Source of the DNA: Lachnospiraceae bacterium
GTDB taxonomy: Bacteria > Bacillota > Clostridia > Lachnospirales > Lachnospiraceae
Assembly: GCA_022510605.1 (NCBI GenBank)
Contig: JAFLTB010000005.1
Location: 254 to 64,253, forward strand
Direction: 5' to 3'
Length of the DNA: 64,000 nucleotides
Shown here piece after piece: positions 35,637 to 45,585 of the stretch (the stretch's first letter is position 1; every line of letters begins with the position of its first letter). The position numbers and the translations under genes were made by a program. A model generated the notes under the pieces. The model was given only the letters and a program-made list of their open reading frames with translations, was not told the origin of the DNA and did no database searches.

Positions 35637-36470
35637 ATGGAAGGGATTCTAATCGGTCTTGTGCTGGCGGCAGGACTGCTTTTAGTCTATGGATTTGCCA
35701 GCCAGTATTTTTTGAAAACAGAATATTATACGGTGGTTTCCGAAAAACTGCGGGAAGACAGAACCATTGTTTTACTGGCGGACCTGCACGGGTGCCATCA
35801 TGGAAGAGAAAATGAAAAACTGCTGGCGGAAATAAAAAAAGAGGCCCCGGATATAATCTGCATTGCCGGAGATATGACCGTAAAAAATGGGAAGCATACG
35901 GGAGAAATGATTTCCCTTCTCGCAAAATTAAAGGAAATCAGTCCCATTTTTTATGCACCGGGCAATCATGAAATTCGGATGCCAGAGTATGAGGCATACC
36001 GGGATAAGCTGCGCCAGAGAGGGATTTGCTATCTGGAAAATGAGAGCGTCCTTTTCGGGGAGGATATTCAGATAACAGGACTGGATCTGCCGGAGTACTG
36101 GTATCACAAGTGCTGGCAGAGACGCCGGATGACAAGGGAGATATTGGAGGAGCAGACAGAGCCACCGGCGGGAGAGTATTTTTCCCTGCTTTTGGCCCAC
36201 AATCCGGAGTATTTTCCCCAGTATGCCAAATGGGGGGCAGACTTGGTGCTGAGCGGCCATCTGCACGGCGGTATTGCCAGACTTCCTCTGTTTGGAGGCG
36301 TTATTTCTCCTTCCCTCCGATTGTTTCCGCGGTATGATGCCGGTGAATTTGAGATGGAGGGAAGCCGGATGATTATCAGCCGGGGTCTGGGACTGCACCA
36401 CATCAAACTGCGCTTTTTTAATTCCCCGGAGATTAGCGTGATAAAATTGAAAAGTGAGAACGTTTTGTGA
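35637..36470 (+). CDS. membrane-anchored calcineurin-like metallophosphoesterase (YkuE-like)
   Basis: GAGGTG RBS before ATG 35637. N-terminal TM helix. Motifs LADLHG, AGDM, GNHE, SGHLHGG. Confidence 0.82.
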   Translation: MEGILIGLVLAAGLLLVYGFASQYFLKTEYYTVVSEKLREDRTIVLLADLHGCHHGRENEKLLAEIKKEAPDIICIAGDMTVKNGKHTGEMISLLAKLKEISPIFYAPGNHEIRMPEYEAYRDKLRQRGICYLENESVLFGEDIQITGLDLPEYWYHKCWQRRRMTREILEEQTEPPAGEYFSLLLAHNPEYFPQYAKWGADLVLSGHLHGGIARLPLFGGVISPSLRLFPRYDAGEFEMEGSRMIISRGLGLHHIKLRFFNSPEISVIKLKSENVL

Positions 36471-36498
36471 TGCGTGCTTTTTACACAGAGAATAAAAA
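36466..36498 (+). repeat. 33-nt intergenic repeat, copy A
   Basis: TGTGATGCGTGCTTTTTACACAGAGAATAAAA matches 51668-51700 at 30 of 33 positions. Confidence 0.8.
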
Positions 36499-36508
36499 TA
36501 AAATGTTC

Positions 36509-36537
36509 TTGTCATTTTCATGAAAAACAGGTAAAAT
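36509..36537 (+). promoter_or_regulatory. putative sigma-A promoter of scpAB
   Basis: TTGTCA (36509-36514), 17 bp, TAAAAT (36532-36537). Confidence 0.5.
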
Positions 36538-36574
36538 AAATGGGTGTGTAAACCGCAGTATTGGAGGTGAGAAC

Positions 36575-37333
36575 ATGGGAATACCGGTTAAATTGGAAGC
36601 CTTTGAAGGGCCTTTGGATTTACTGCTTCATCTGATTGAGAAAAACAAGGTGGATATATATGATATTCCCATTGTTCTGATTACGGAGCAGTATCTGGAA
36701 TATGTCAGCCAGATGGACGCAAAGGATATGAATATTATGAGTGAGTTCCTTGTGATGGCGGCTACGCTGGTACGGATTAAGTCCAAAATGCTTCTTCCCA
36801 AAGATGAGTCCGAAGAGGAAGAGGAGGAGGACCCGAGACAGGAACTGGTGGAGAGACTGTTAGAGTACAAAATGTATAAATATGCCTCCTTTGAATTAAA
36901 GGACCGCCAGTACGATGCGGCCAGGGTTTTTTTCAAAGAACCTTCGATTCCGGAAGAAATACAAAATTACAAAGAAGAGATTGATTACGAGGAACTCTTA
37001 TCGGATGTCACCCTGTCAAAGCTGCAGGAAATATTTGATTCTGTCATGCAAAAGCAGGTGGACAAAATTGACCCGATACGGAGTAAGTTTGGAGAGATAG
37101 AGAAAGAGGAAATCAACATCGAGGACCAGATGCTCTTTGTGGAGGAATATGCTATGCTCCACGGAAGTTTCAGCTTCCGCAAACTGTTGGAGCACGGCAC
37201 CGGCAAAAGCTATGTGATTGTAACATTCCTAAGTGTGCTGGAGATGATGAAAACCGGTATGCTGTCCATTTCGCAGGACAAGCTCTTTGACGATATTCAG
37301 ATTACATACAGACCAAAGGGAGGTAAATCGTGA
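36575..37333 (+). CDS. scpA: segregation and condensation protein A
   Basis: LEAFEGPLDLLLHLIEKNKVDIYDIPI N-terminus, 252 aa, followed by scpB with overlapping stop and start. Confidence 0.92.
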   Translation: MGIPVKLEAFEGPLDLLLHLIEKNKVDIYDIPIVLITEQYLEYVSQMDAKDMNIMSEFLVMAATLVRIKSKMLLPKDESEEEEEEDPRQELVERLLEYKMYKYASFELKDRQYDAARVFFKEPSIPEEIQNYKEEIDYEELLSDVTLSKLQEIFDSVMQKQVDKIDPIRSKFGEIEKEEINIEDQMLFVEEYAMLHGSFSFRKLLEHGTGKSYVIVTFLSVLEMMKTGMLSISQDKLFDDIQITYRPKGGKS

Positions 37334-37929
37334 ACATAAAGAAACTGGAAGCGGTGGTGGAGGCGATTCTGTTTACCATGGGGGAAGCCGTAGAGATTGA
37401 GAGACTGGCGGCGGCGGTGGAGCACGATGAGGACACCGTGCGGAAAATCATCCGCAGTATGATGACCCGGTATGAAGAAGAGGACAGAGGGATTCATCTG
37501 ATTGAACTGGACGGCTCCTTTCAGCTCTGCACAAAGCCGGAGATGTATGAGTATCTGATAAAGGTGGCTCATATTCCGAAAAAACATGTGCTGACGGATG
37601 TGCTTTTGGAAACCCTTTCCATTGTGGCCTACAAGCAGCCCATCACCCGTCTGGAAATTGAAAAAATCCGTGGCGTATCCTGTGACCACGCCGTAAATAA
37701 ACTGGTGGAATACGGTCTGATTTGTGAAGCGGGACGGCTGGATGCCCCGGGGCGGCCCATTCTGTTTGCCACCACCGAGGAATTTCTGCGCTACTTTGGC
37801 ATTGAGTCTCTGGAGGATTTGCCGATTCTCAACCAGGAGACCATCGAAGATTTCAAAGAGGAGGCCGAGAAGGAGGTCTATCAGGAACTGCAGGAAGAGG
37901 AAGATTCAGAGCTGCCGGAACTCTCCTGA
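37330..37929 (+). CDS. scpB: segregation and condensation protein B
   Basis: GTG start 6 nt after GGAGG. LEAVVEAILFTMGEAV, TLSIVAYKQPITRLEIEKIRGV, acidic tail. Confidence 0.9.
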   Translation: MNIKKLEAVVEAILFTMGEAVEIERLAAAVEHDEDTVRKIIRSMMTRYEEEDRGIHLIELDGSFQLCTKPEMYEYLIKVAHIPKKHVLTDVLLETLSIVAYKQPITRLEIEKIRGVSCDHAVNKLVEYGLICEAGRLDAPGRPILFATTEEFLRYFGIESLEDLPILNQETIEDFKEEAEKEVYQELQEEEDSELPELS

Positions 37930-37992
37930 AAATAGTTTTGAAATTTGCACTTGTAATTTATATCCGACTGTTATATAATAGGCAAGGACAAA

Positions 37993-38036
37993 GGCGTCAA
38001 AAGAACACGAAAAGCGTGTTCTCTTGACGTCTTTTG
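37993..38036 (+). terminator. strong intrinsic terminator between scpB and gltB
   Basis: 17-nt arms GGCGTCAAAAGAACACG / CGTGTTCTCTTGACGTC (15 Watson-Crick pairs + 1 G-U + 1 mismatch), 5-nt loop, then TTTTGT. Confidence 0.75.
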
Positions 38037-38114
38037 TAGTCAAAAAAGCATTTGACACAGACTGGAAAAAATGACGACAATAGAAGTCAGTCTAAAAGGA
38101 CAGGAGGTTTTTCC

Positions 38115-41100
38115 ATGAGTAACTATGTAGAGGAATGTAAAAGAAAGCCAATCGGCCTGTATCATCCGGAGTTTGAGCATGACAACTGCGGAATCGGCGC
38201 CATTGTCAACATCAAAGGAAAGAAAACCCATGACACAGTGAAAAACGCACTGGAGATTGTGGCGAACTTAGAACACCGTGCCGGCAAGGACGGGGAAGGC
38301 AAAACCGGAGACGGCGTTGGCATCCTGCTGCAGATTTCCCATAAATTTTTTGGGAAAGTGGCAAAGGAGATGGAGATAGAGATAGGAGAAGAACGGGAAT
38401 ACGGTGTAGGTATGTTCTTCTTTCCACAGGATGAATTGAAGAGAAATCAGGCGAAAAAAATGTTTGAGACCATCGTGGATAAGGAAGGTCTGGAGTTTCT
38501 CGCCTGGCGCGAGGTTCCTATCGCACCGGATATTCTTGGTAAGAGAGCCGTGGAATGTATGCCCTGCATTATGCAGTGCTTTGTGAAAAAACCAAAGAAA
38601 GTGGAGAAAGGACTGGAGTTTGACCGGAAGCTTTACATTGCCCGCCGTGTCTTTGAGCAGTCCAATGAAAACACCTATGTAGTTTCTTTATCCTCCCGTA
38701 CCATCGTATATAAAGGCATGTTTTTAGTGTCTCAGCTGCGTCTGTTTTTTGATGACTTACAGGATGAGGATTATGAATCGGCGATTGCCATTGTGCATTC
38801 CCGGTTCTCCACCAATACACAGCCAAGCTGGCAGCGTGCCCATCCAAACCGGTTCATTGTCCACAACGGGGAAATTAACACCATCCGCGGTAATGCGGAT
38901 AAGATGCTGGCCCGTGAGGAAACCATGGAGTCCGAGCAGTTAAAAGGGGAGTTACATAAAATTCTTCCGGTAATCAATTCGGAGGGCTCCGATTCGGCCA
39001 TGTTGGACAACACACTGGAATTTCTTGTAATGAGCGGTATGGAATTACCTCTGGCGGTAATGATTACCATACCGGAGCCGTGGGCTAATAACCGCTATAT
39101 CAGTGAAAAGAAAAAGGATTTCTATCAGTATTACGCCACCATGATGGAGCCATGGGACGGCCCGGCCTCCATTCTGTTCTCCGATGGGGATTTGGTGGGA
39201 GCGGTACTGGACCGAAATGGTCTTCGCCCTTCCCGGTATTATATCACCGACGACGACCAGCTGATTTTATCCTCCGAGGTAGGCGTTATGCCAATCAGTG
39301 AAGAGCATGTGGTGAAAAAGGACCGCCTGCGTCCCGGTAAGATGCTGTTAGTAGATACTGTAAAGGGAGAGTTAGTAGATGATGATGACCTGAAGGAAGA
39401 ATATGCCTCCCGCCAGCCCTATGGTGAGTGGCTGGACAGCTCCCTGATGCAGTTAAAGGATATTCATATCCCGAACCAGCGCATTCAACATTATTCCGTG
39501 GAAGAGAGAAGAAAACTGCAAAAGGCCTTCGGCTATACTTATGAGGAGGTAAAAAACTCCATTCTGCCGATGGCGAAAAACGGCGCAGAGCCCATCGCCG
39601 CCATGGGACACGATTCCCCTCTGCCGGTACTCAGCAGCCAGCCGCAGCCTTTATTCAATTACTTCCGTCAGCGGTTTGCCCAGGTGACGAATCCACCCAT
39701 TGATGCGATTCGGGAAGAAGTTGTTACCTCTACCTCCGTTTACATTGGAGAGGATGGCAACCTTCTGCATGAGGAGCCGGAAAACTGCCGGGTAATCCGT
39801 ATCCAGAATCCGATTCTTACCGATACGGATATACTGAAAATCAAAAGTATGGATATACCGGGCTTCCGTGTGGGTGTCATCCCGATGACCTATTATAAAA
39901 ATACCTCGTTAGAGAAGGCCATTGACCGGCTCTATCTGGAGGCAGACCGTGCCTATAAGGACGGAGTCAATGTATTGATTTTATCCGACCGCGGCGTAGA
40001 TGAAAACCATGTAGCCATTCCTTCTTTGCTGGCAGTATCGGCTATGCAGCAGCATCTGGTTAAGACCAAGAGAAGAACGAGGGTGGCCATGATTCTGGAG
40101 AGTGCGGAGCCAAGGGAGGTACATCATTTTGCCACCCTGTTAGGCTACGGTGCCTGTGCTGTCAACCCATATCTGGCTCTGGATACCATCAAGCGCCTCA
40201 TTGACTGTGGCATGCTTGACAAGGACTATTATGCCGCAGTGGACGATTACAACAGCGCCGTCCTTCATGGCATTGTAAAAATTGCCTCCAAGATGGGAAT
40301 TTCCACCATCCAGTCCTATCAGGGCTCAAAGATTTTTGAGGCCATTGGTATTTCCCGTGAGGTAATCAGTAATTATTTCACAGATACGATTTCCCGCATC
40401 GGCGGCATTACCATAAAGGATATTGAAAAACAGGTGGAGGACCTTCATACCACCGCCTTTGACCCACTGGAACTGGGGGTTGACGATACGCTGGAAAGTG
40501 TAGGTACCCATAAGGCCAGAAGCGGCAAGGAGGAGCATCTGTATAATCCAAAGACCATCCACCTGTTGCAACAGGCCACCAGACGGGGCGACTATAAATT
40601 ATTTAAGGAATATTCCAAAGAGATTGACAAGGAAGACCGCTTTATGAACCTGCGAAGCCTCTTAGGTTTCCGTTTTCCGAAAAAAGGAGTGCCCCTGTCC
40701 CAGGTAGAGAGTGTGGACAGTATTGTAAAACGGTTTAAGACCGGCGCCATGTCCTATGGCTCCATTTCTCAAGAGGCTCACGAGACACTGGCCATTGCCA
40801 TGAACCGTCTCCACGGCAAGTCCAACAGTGGTGAGGGCGGTGAGAGTTTAGAGCGTCTCACGGTGGGAAAAGATGGTATGAACCGTTGTTCTGCCATCAA
40901 GCAGGTGGCATCGGGACGCTTTGGCGTCACTTCCCATTATCTGGTAAGCGCCAAGGAAATCCAGATAAAGATGGCCCAGGGAGCGAAGCCGGGGGAGGGC
41001 GGACATCTGCCGGGAGGAAAGGTATATCCATGGATTGCCAAGACCAGGCTTTCCACTCCGGGAGTATCTCTGATTTCTCCGCCGCCACATCACGATATTT

Positions 41101-42674
41101 ATTCCATTGAGGATTTGGCCCAGTTAATCTATGACTTAAAGAGCGCCAACACCCAGGCAAGAATTTCCGTGAAACTGGTGTCGGAGGCCGGCGTGGGAAC
41201 CGTGGCGGCCGGCGTAGCCAAGGCCGGCGCCGGTGTTGTTCTGATTTCCGGCTATGACGGCGGTACGGGAGCAGCGCCAGGCAGCTCCATTCACAATGCA
41301 GGACTTCCGTGGGAGCTGGGACTGGCAGAGACACACCAGACCCTGCTGATGAACGGACTGCGTTCTAAAGTGGTTATTGAGACCGACGGTAAGCTGATGA
41401 CCGGACGGGACGTTATGGTAGCGGCACTGCTTGGCGCCGAGGAATTTGGCTTTGCCACAGCCCCTCTTGTTACCATGGGATGTGTCATGATGCGTGTCTG
41501 CAATCTGGACACCTGTCCCGTGGGCGTGGCCACCCAGAATCCGGAGCTGCGCAAGCGTTTCAGTGGAAAACCGGAGTACGTGGAAAACTTCATGCGTTTT
41601 ATCGCAGAGGAAGTCCGGGAGTTAATGGCAAAGCTTGGTGTAAAGCAGTTGGATGACCTGATTGGACGGACGGATTTGTTAAAAATCCGGGAGGAAATTG
41701 CCGACGACGAGAGGGCAAAGAAACTGGATTTGTCCCCGATTATCAACAATCCGTTTATCAAAGATAAAAAGCGCATCTACCGTGAAAAGGATGCCTATGA
41801 CTTCCAGTTAAATAAGACGATAGACGAAAAGATTTTCCTGAAAAAATTCAAAAATGCACTGGTCTCCGGCGAAAAGACAAAAATCAATGCCAGAGTTTCC
41901 AACATTGACCGTGCCTTGGGAACCATTCTGGGAGCAGAGATTACCAGACAGCTGGGAGATGATGTGGAGCAGGATACCTTTACCGTGGAGTGTATCGGAA
42001 GCGGCGGCCAGAGTTTTGGTGCCTTTATTCCAAAGGGACTGACACTGGAACTGGTGGGCGACAGCAACGACTACTTTGGCAAGGGCCTGTCCGGCGGCAA
42101 GCTGGTGGTCTATCCACCGGAGAAGGTGCAGTATGAGGCGGAGGACAATATCATTGTAGGAAACGTTGCTCTGTATGGAGCTACCAGCGGAGAAGCGTAC
42201 ATCAACGGTGTGGCCGGTGAGCGGTTCTGTGTCCGCAACTCCGGTGCCCATGCGGTGGTGGAAGGTGTAGGAGACCATGGCTGTGAGTATATGACCGGTG
42301 GATGTGTGGTGGTATTGGGAGCTACCGGCAAAAACTTTGCGGCAGGCATGAGCGGCGGTATCGCCTATGTGCTGGATGAACACAGCGACCTCTACCTGAA
42401 GCTGAACAAGGAACTGGTATCTTCCAATTCTGTTACAGATAAATATGACGTAATGCAGTTAAAGGATATGATTACCGCCCATGTGGAGGCTACGGATTCC
42501 AGGCGGGGAAAAGAAATTCTTGAGAATTTCAGTGAGTATCTGCCGAAATTCAAAAAGATTATTCCACATGACTACCAGGCAATGCTTCAGCGGATTGCCA
42601 AGATGGAGGAAAAGGGATTCAGCAATGAGCAGGCGCAGATTGAAGCCTTTTATCAGTTAGGGAAAGCGGAATAG
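38115..42674 (+). CDS. gltB: glutamate synthase large subunit
   Basis: Start trimmed to MSNYVEE (GGAGG upstream). Ntn Cys in HDNCGIGAIV. FMN/Fe-S and GXGXG C-terminal domains. About 1519 aa. Confidence 0.95.
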   Translation: MSNYVEECKRKPIGLYHPEFEHDNCGIGAIVNIKGKKTHDTVKNALEIVANLEHRAGKDGEGKTGDGVGILLQISHKFFGKVAKEMEIEIGEEREYGVGMFFFPQDELKRNQAKKMFETIVDKEGLEFLAWREVPIAPDILGKRAVECMPCIMQCFVKKPKKVEKGLEFDRKLYIARRVFEQSNENTYVVSLSSRTIVYKGMFLVSQLRLFFDDLQDEDYESAIAIVHSRFSTNTQPSWQRAHPNRFIVHNGEINTIRGNADKMLAREETMESEQLKGELHKILPVINSEGSDSAMLDNTLEFLVMSGMELPLAVMITIPEPWANNRYISEKKKDFYQYYATMMEPWDGPASILFSDGDLVGAVLDRNGLRPSRYYITDDDQLILSSEVGVMPISEEHVVKKDRLRPGKMLLVDTVKGELVDDDDLKEEYASRQPYGEWLDSSLMQLKDIHIPNQRIQHYSVEERRKLQKAFGYTYEEVKNSILPMAKNGAEPIAAMGHDSPLPVLSSQPQPLFNYFRQRFAQVTNPPIDAIREEVVTSTSVYIGEDGNLLHEEPENCRVIRIQNPILTDTDILKIKSMDIPGFRVGVIPMTYYKNTSLEKAIDRLYLEADRAYKDGVNVLILSDRGVDENHVAIPSLLAVSAMQQHLVKTKRRTRVAMILESAEPREVHHFATLLGYGACAVNPYLALDTIKRLIDCGMLDKDYYAAVDDYNSAVLHGIVKIASKMGISTIQSYQGSKIFEAIGISREVISNYFTDTISRIGGITIKDIEKQVEDLHTTAFDPLELGVDDTLESVGTHKARSGKEEHLYNPKTIHLLQQATRRGDYKLFKEYSKEIDKEDRFMNLRSLLGFRFPKKGVPLSQVESVDSIVKRFKTGAMSYGSISQEAHETLAIAMNRLHGKSNSGEGGESLERLTVGKDGMNRCSAIKQVASGRFGVTSHYLVSAKEIQIKMAQGAKPGEGGHLPGGKVYPWIAKTRLSTPGVSLISPPPHHDIYSIEDLAQLIYDLKSANTQARISVKLVSEAGVGTVAAGVAKAGAGVVLISGYDGGTGAAPGSSIHNAGLPWELGLAETHQTLLMNGLRSKVVIETDGKLMTGRDVMVAALLGAEEFGFATAPLVTMGCVMMRVCNLDTCPVGVATQNPELRKRFSGKPEYVENFMRFIAEEVRELMAKLGVKQLDDLIGRTDLLKIREEIADDERAKKLDLSPIINNPFIKDKKRIYREKDAYDFQLNKTIDEKIFLKKFKNALVSGEKTKINARVSNIDRALGTILGAEITRQLGDDVEQDTFTVECIGSGGQSFGAFIPKGLTLELVGDSNDYFGKGLSGGKLVVYPPEKVQYEAEDNIIVGNVALYGATSGEAYINGVAGERFCVRNSGAHAVVEGVGDHGCEYMTGGCVVVLGATGKNFAAGMSGGIAYVLDEHSDLYLKLNKELVSSNSVTDKYDVMQLKDMITAHVEATDSRRGKEILENFSEYLPKFKKIIPHDYQAMLQRIAKMEEKGFSNEQAQIEAFYQLGKAE

Positions 42675-42740
42675 GCTAAGCTTCCCTGCAAAAGTTGCAA
42701 ATCAACAGAAACTAATTTATAATAGAAAGGGCTGAAGAAT

Positions 42741-44222
42741 ATGGGTAAACCAACCGGTTTTTTAGACTATGAACGTCTTGGCAACACAGAGATTGAACCA
42801 CTGGAGCGAATTAAAAACTTTGATGAATTTCATGTACCGATGAGTGAGGAGGAGCGGCGTGTCCAGGCCGCCCGCTGTATGGACTGTGGCGTGCCCTTCT
42901 GCCAGTCCGGTATGATGATTGGCGGCATGGCCTCGGGCTGTCCGCTGAATAACATGTGCCCGGAATGGAATGACTTACTCTATAACGGCAGTTATGAACA
43001 GGCGTTGGGACGGCTGTTAAAGACCAATAATTTTCCGGAATTTACATCCCGGGTCTGCCCGGCGCCCTGTGAGGCGGCCTGCACCTGTGGATTAAATGAT
43101 TCTCCGGTTACCGTTAAGGAAAATGAAAATGCCATTATTGAATATGGCTACGAGCATGGTTTAATGGAACCGAACCCGCCAAAGGTAAGGACGGGCAAGA
43201 AGGTGGCAGTGATTGGCTCCGGGCCGGCAGGACTGGCGGCGGCAGACCAGCTGAATAAGAGAGGACACAGCGTCACGGTATACGAGCGGGAGGATTTTCC
43301 CGGAGGGCTTCTGATGTATGGAATCCCGAATATGAAGCTGGATAAATCCGTCATTGAACGTAAGATTAAAGTAATGGAGGCTGAGGGAGTTGTCTTTAAG
43401 ACGAAGGTAAACGTAGGGGTTGATGTAAAGGCGGAGCAGTTGAAAAAAGAGTATGACCGCGTAATCTTAACCTGTGGAGCCTCCAATCCCCGGGACATTA
43501 AGGCACCGGGCCGGGATGCAAAAGGGATTTATTTTGCAGTGGATTACTTAAAGCGGGTGACAAAGCATCTGCGCAATCCGGAGTATACAGATTATATCGA
43601 TACCAAGGGTAAAAATGTCCTGGTGATTGGCGGCGGCGATACCGGCAACGACTGTGTGGGTTCCGCTATCCGTCAGGGAGCCAAAAGTGTGGTGCAGCTG
43701 GAAATGATGCCACAGCCGCCGGAAAAGCGAAGCGAAGAAAACCCATGGCCGGAGTGGCCGAAGGTGTTAAAAACCGATTACGGCCAGCAGGAGGCTATTG
43801 CGGTATTCGGCAGTGATCCCCGTATTTATGAGACTACGGTAAAGGAATTTGTAAAGGACGGGAAGGGACAGTTAAAGCAGGTAAAGGCAGTGAAACTGGA
43901 CTGGACAAAGGATGAACAGACGGGACGGATGTCCATGGAGGAAAGAGCGGGAAGCGAGTACACACTGGAGGCAGACTATGTGTTTATTGCCGCTGGGTTC
44001 TTAGGCTCAGAGGAGTATGTCACAAAAGATTTCGGGGTATCCCTGAATGAGCGCACCAATGTGCAGACAAAGCCGGGCCGGTATGACACCAGTGAAAAGA
44101 ATGTATTTACCGCAGGAGATATGCACAGAGGACAGTCTTTGGTGGTATGGGCTATCCGTGAAGGAAGAGAGGCGGCCCGGGCTGTGGATGAGGATTTGAT
44201 GGGTTATACCAATTTGAATTAA
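42741..44222 (+). CDS. gltD: glutamate synthase small subunit (NAD(P)H-dependent)
   Basis: Fe-S Cys clusters (CMDCGVPFC, CPAPCEAAC) and dinucleotide folds VAVIGSGPAGLAAA and VLVIGGGDTGNDC. Confidence 0.93.
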   Translation: MGKPTGFLDYERLGNTEIEPLERIKNFDEFHVPMSEEERRVQAARCMDCGVPFCQSGMMIGGMASGCPLNNMCPEWNDLLYNGSYEQALGRLLKTNNFPEFTSRVCPAPCEAACTCGLNDSPVTVKENENAIIEYGYEHGLMEPNPPKVRTGKKVAVIGSGPAGLAAADQLNKRGHSVTVYEREDFPGGLLMYGIPNMKLDKSVIERKIKVMEAEGVVFKTKVNVGVDVKAEQLKKEYDRVILTCGASNPRDIKAPGRDAKGIYFAVDYLKRVTKHLRNPEYTDYIDTKGKNVLVIGGGDTGNDCVGSAIRQGAKSVVQLEMMPQPPEKRSEENPWPEWPKVLKTDYGQQEAIAVFGSDPRIYETTVKEFVKDGKGQLKQVKAVKLDWTKDEQTGRMSMEERAGSEYTLEADYVFIAAGFLGSEEYVTKDFGVSLNERTNVQTKPGRYDTSEKNVFTAGDMHRGQSLVVWAIREGREAARAVDEDLMGYTNLN

Positions 44223-44257
44223 AGCAAACCGAAAAGGTTTCAGAATGGAGGAATCAT

Positions 44258-45571
44258 ATGACGCATTACACAAGGGAAGATATTGTGAAGCTGGTAGAGG
44301 AGGAGGATGTGGAATTTATCCGTCTCCAGTTTGTGGACATTTTTGGTTGTCTGAAAAACATGGCGGTAACGGCAAAGCAGCTGGACATGGTATTGGACAA
44401 TCAGTGTGTCTTTGATGGCGCCGCTATTAAGGGCTTCAACACCAAGGATGTGGATGAACTGGTACTGGTGCCGGATTTGGACTCCTTTGCTATTTTTCCG
44501 TGGCGGCCCCAGAGAGGCCGTGTAGCCCGGTTTATCTGTGACGTTCAGTATCCGGACGGTACGCCTTTCATGGCGGATTCCCGCTATGTGCTGGCTGAGG
44601 TGGTAAAGCAGGCGGAAAAGGAAGGGTACACCTTCAACGTGGGACCGGAATCACAGTTTTTCCTGTTTGATACCGCAGAGGATGGCTCTCCAACAACCGA
44701 GACCTCGGAAAAGGGTGGATTCTTTGACATTGGGCCGGTGGATATGGGAGAGAATGCCAGAAGGGATATTGTGCTGTCCCTGTCAGAGATGGGTTTTGAG
44801 ATGGAATCTTCCTATCATTCCAATGAGAGCGCCCAGCACCACATTGACTTTAAGTTTGCCGACGGCATTCACACAGCAGACAATATTATGACCTATAAAC
44901 TGGCTGTCCGTACTGTGGCAAAGCGTCATGGCCTTCACGCTACCTTTATGCCAAAGCCAAATTATGGAAAAAAAGGCTCTGGTATGTTCTTTAATATGTT
45001 TTTGTGTAAGGACGGTGAAAATATATTCAGCGACCCGTCGGAGGAATATGGACTGAGTGAAGAAGCATATTATTTTATGGCCGGTATTATGCGCCATATC
45101 AAGGGTATGACCTTTATTAACAATCCTATTATCAATTCCTATAAACGCCTGGTGCCGGGCTACAACGCTCCGGTGAATATCAGCTGGTCAAGAAAGAACC
45201 GCACCCCGCTGATGCGCATTACCAGCAGCGGAGCCCTGGGCCCCCGGGTGGTGCTTCGCAGCCCGGATGGGGCCTGCAATCCCTATCTGGTGTTGGCGGG
45301 CTGTCTGGCTGCCGGACTGGAGGGAATCCGCAACCGCATTTCTCCTCCGCCCAGCCTGGATGAGCAGCCGGAGGATGGCAAAGGACACTATGACATTTTA
45401 CCCCGCACTCTGTTAGAGGCCATTCAGGAATTTGAAAAGGATACCTTTTTGCAAAATGTCTATGGCGAGCAGCTGTCCAAAACGCTGATTGCCAGAAAGA
45501 AGGAGGAGTGGGATCAGTTCTGTGAGCAGGTGACGGCCTGGGAAGTGGAAAAATATCTGGACCGGATATAA
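44258..45571 (+). CDS. glnA: glutamine synthetase, type I
   Basis: EFIRLQFVDIFG, FDGAAIKGF, ATFMPKP, NRTPLMRI motifs. 437 aa. Confidence 0.92.
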   Translation: MTHYTREDIVKLVEEEDVEFIRLQFVDIFGCLKNMAVTAKQLDMVLDNQCVFDGAAIKGFNTKDVDELVLVPDLDSFAIFPWRPQRGRVARFICDVQYPDGTPFMADSRYVLAEVVKQAEKEGYTFNVGPESQFFLFDTAEDGSPTTETSEKGGFFDIGPVDMGENARRDIVLSLSEMGFEMESSYHSNESAQHHIDFKFADGIHTADNIMTYKLAVRTVAKRHGLHATFMPKPNYGKKGSGMFFNMFLCKDGENIFSDPSEEYGLSEEAYYFMAGIMRHIKGMTFINNPIINSYKRLVPGYNAPVNISWSRKNRTPLMRITSSGALGPRVVLRSPDGACNPYLVLAGCLAAGLEGIRNRISPPPSLDEQPEDGKGHYDILPRTLLEAIQEFEKDTFLQNVYGEQLSKTLIARKKEEWDQFCEQVTAWEVEKYLDRI

Positions 45572-45585
45572 GTGAGGTGTGAACC

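Noticed and set aside
37930-38114. Canonical ANTAR target (two short stems with AxxGxx hexaloops overlapping a terminator) upstream of gltB.
   Set aside because: I found only a 3-bp stem with loop AAAGGC. That is too weak to call, and a covariance-model scan is needed.
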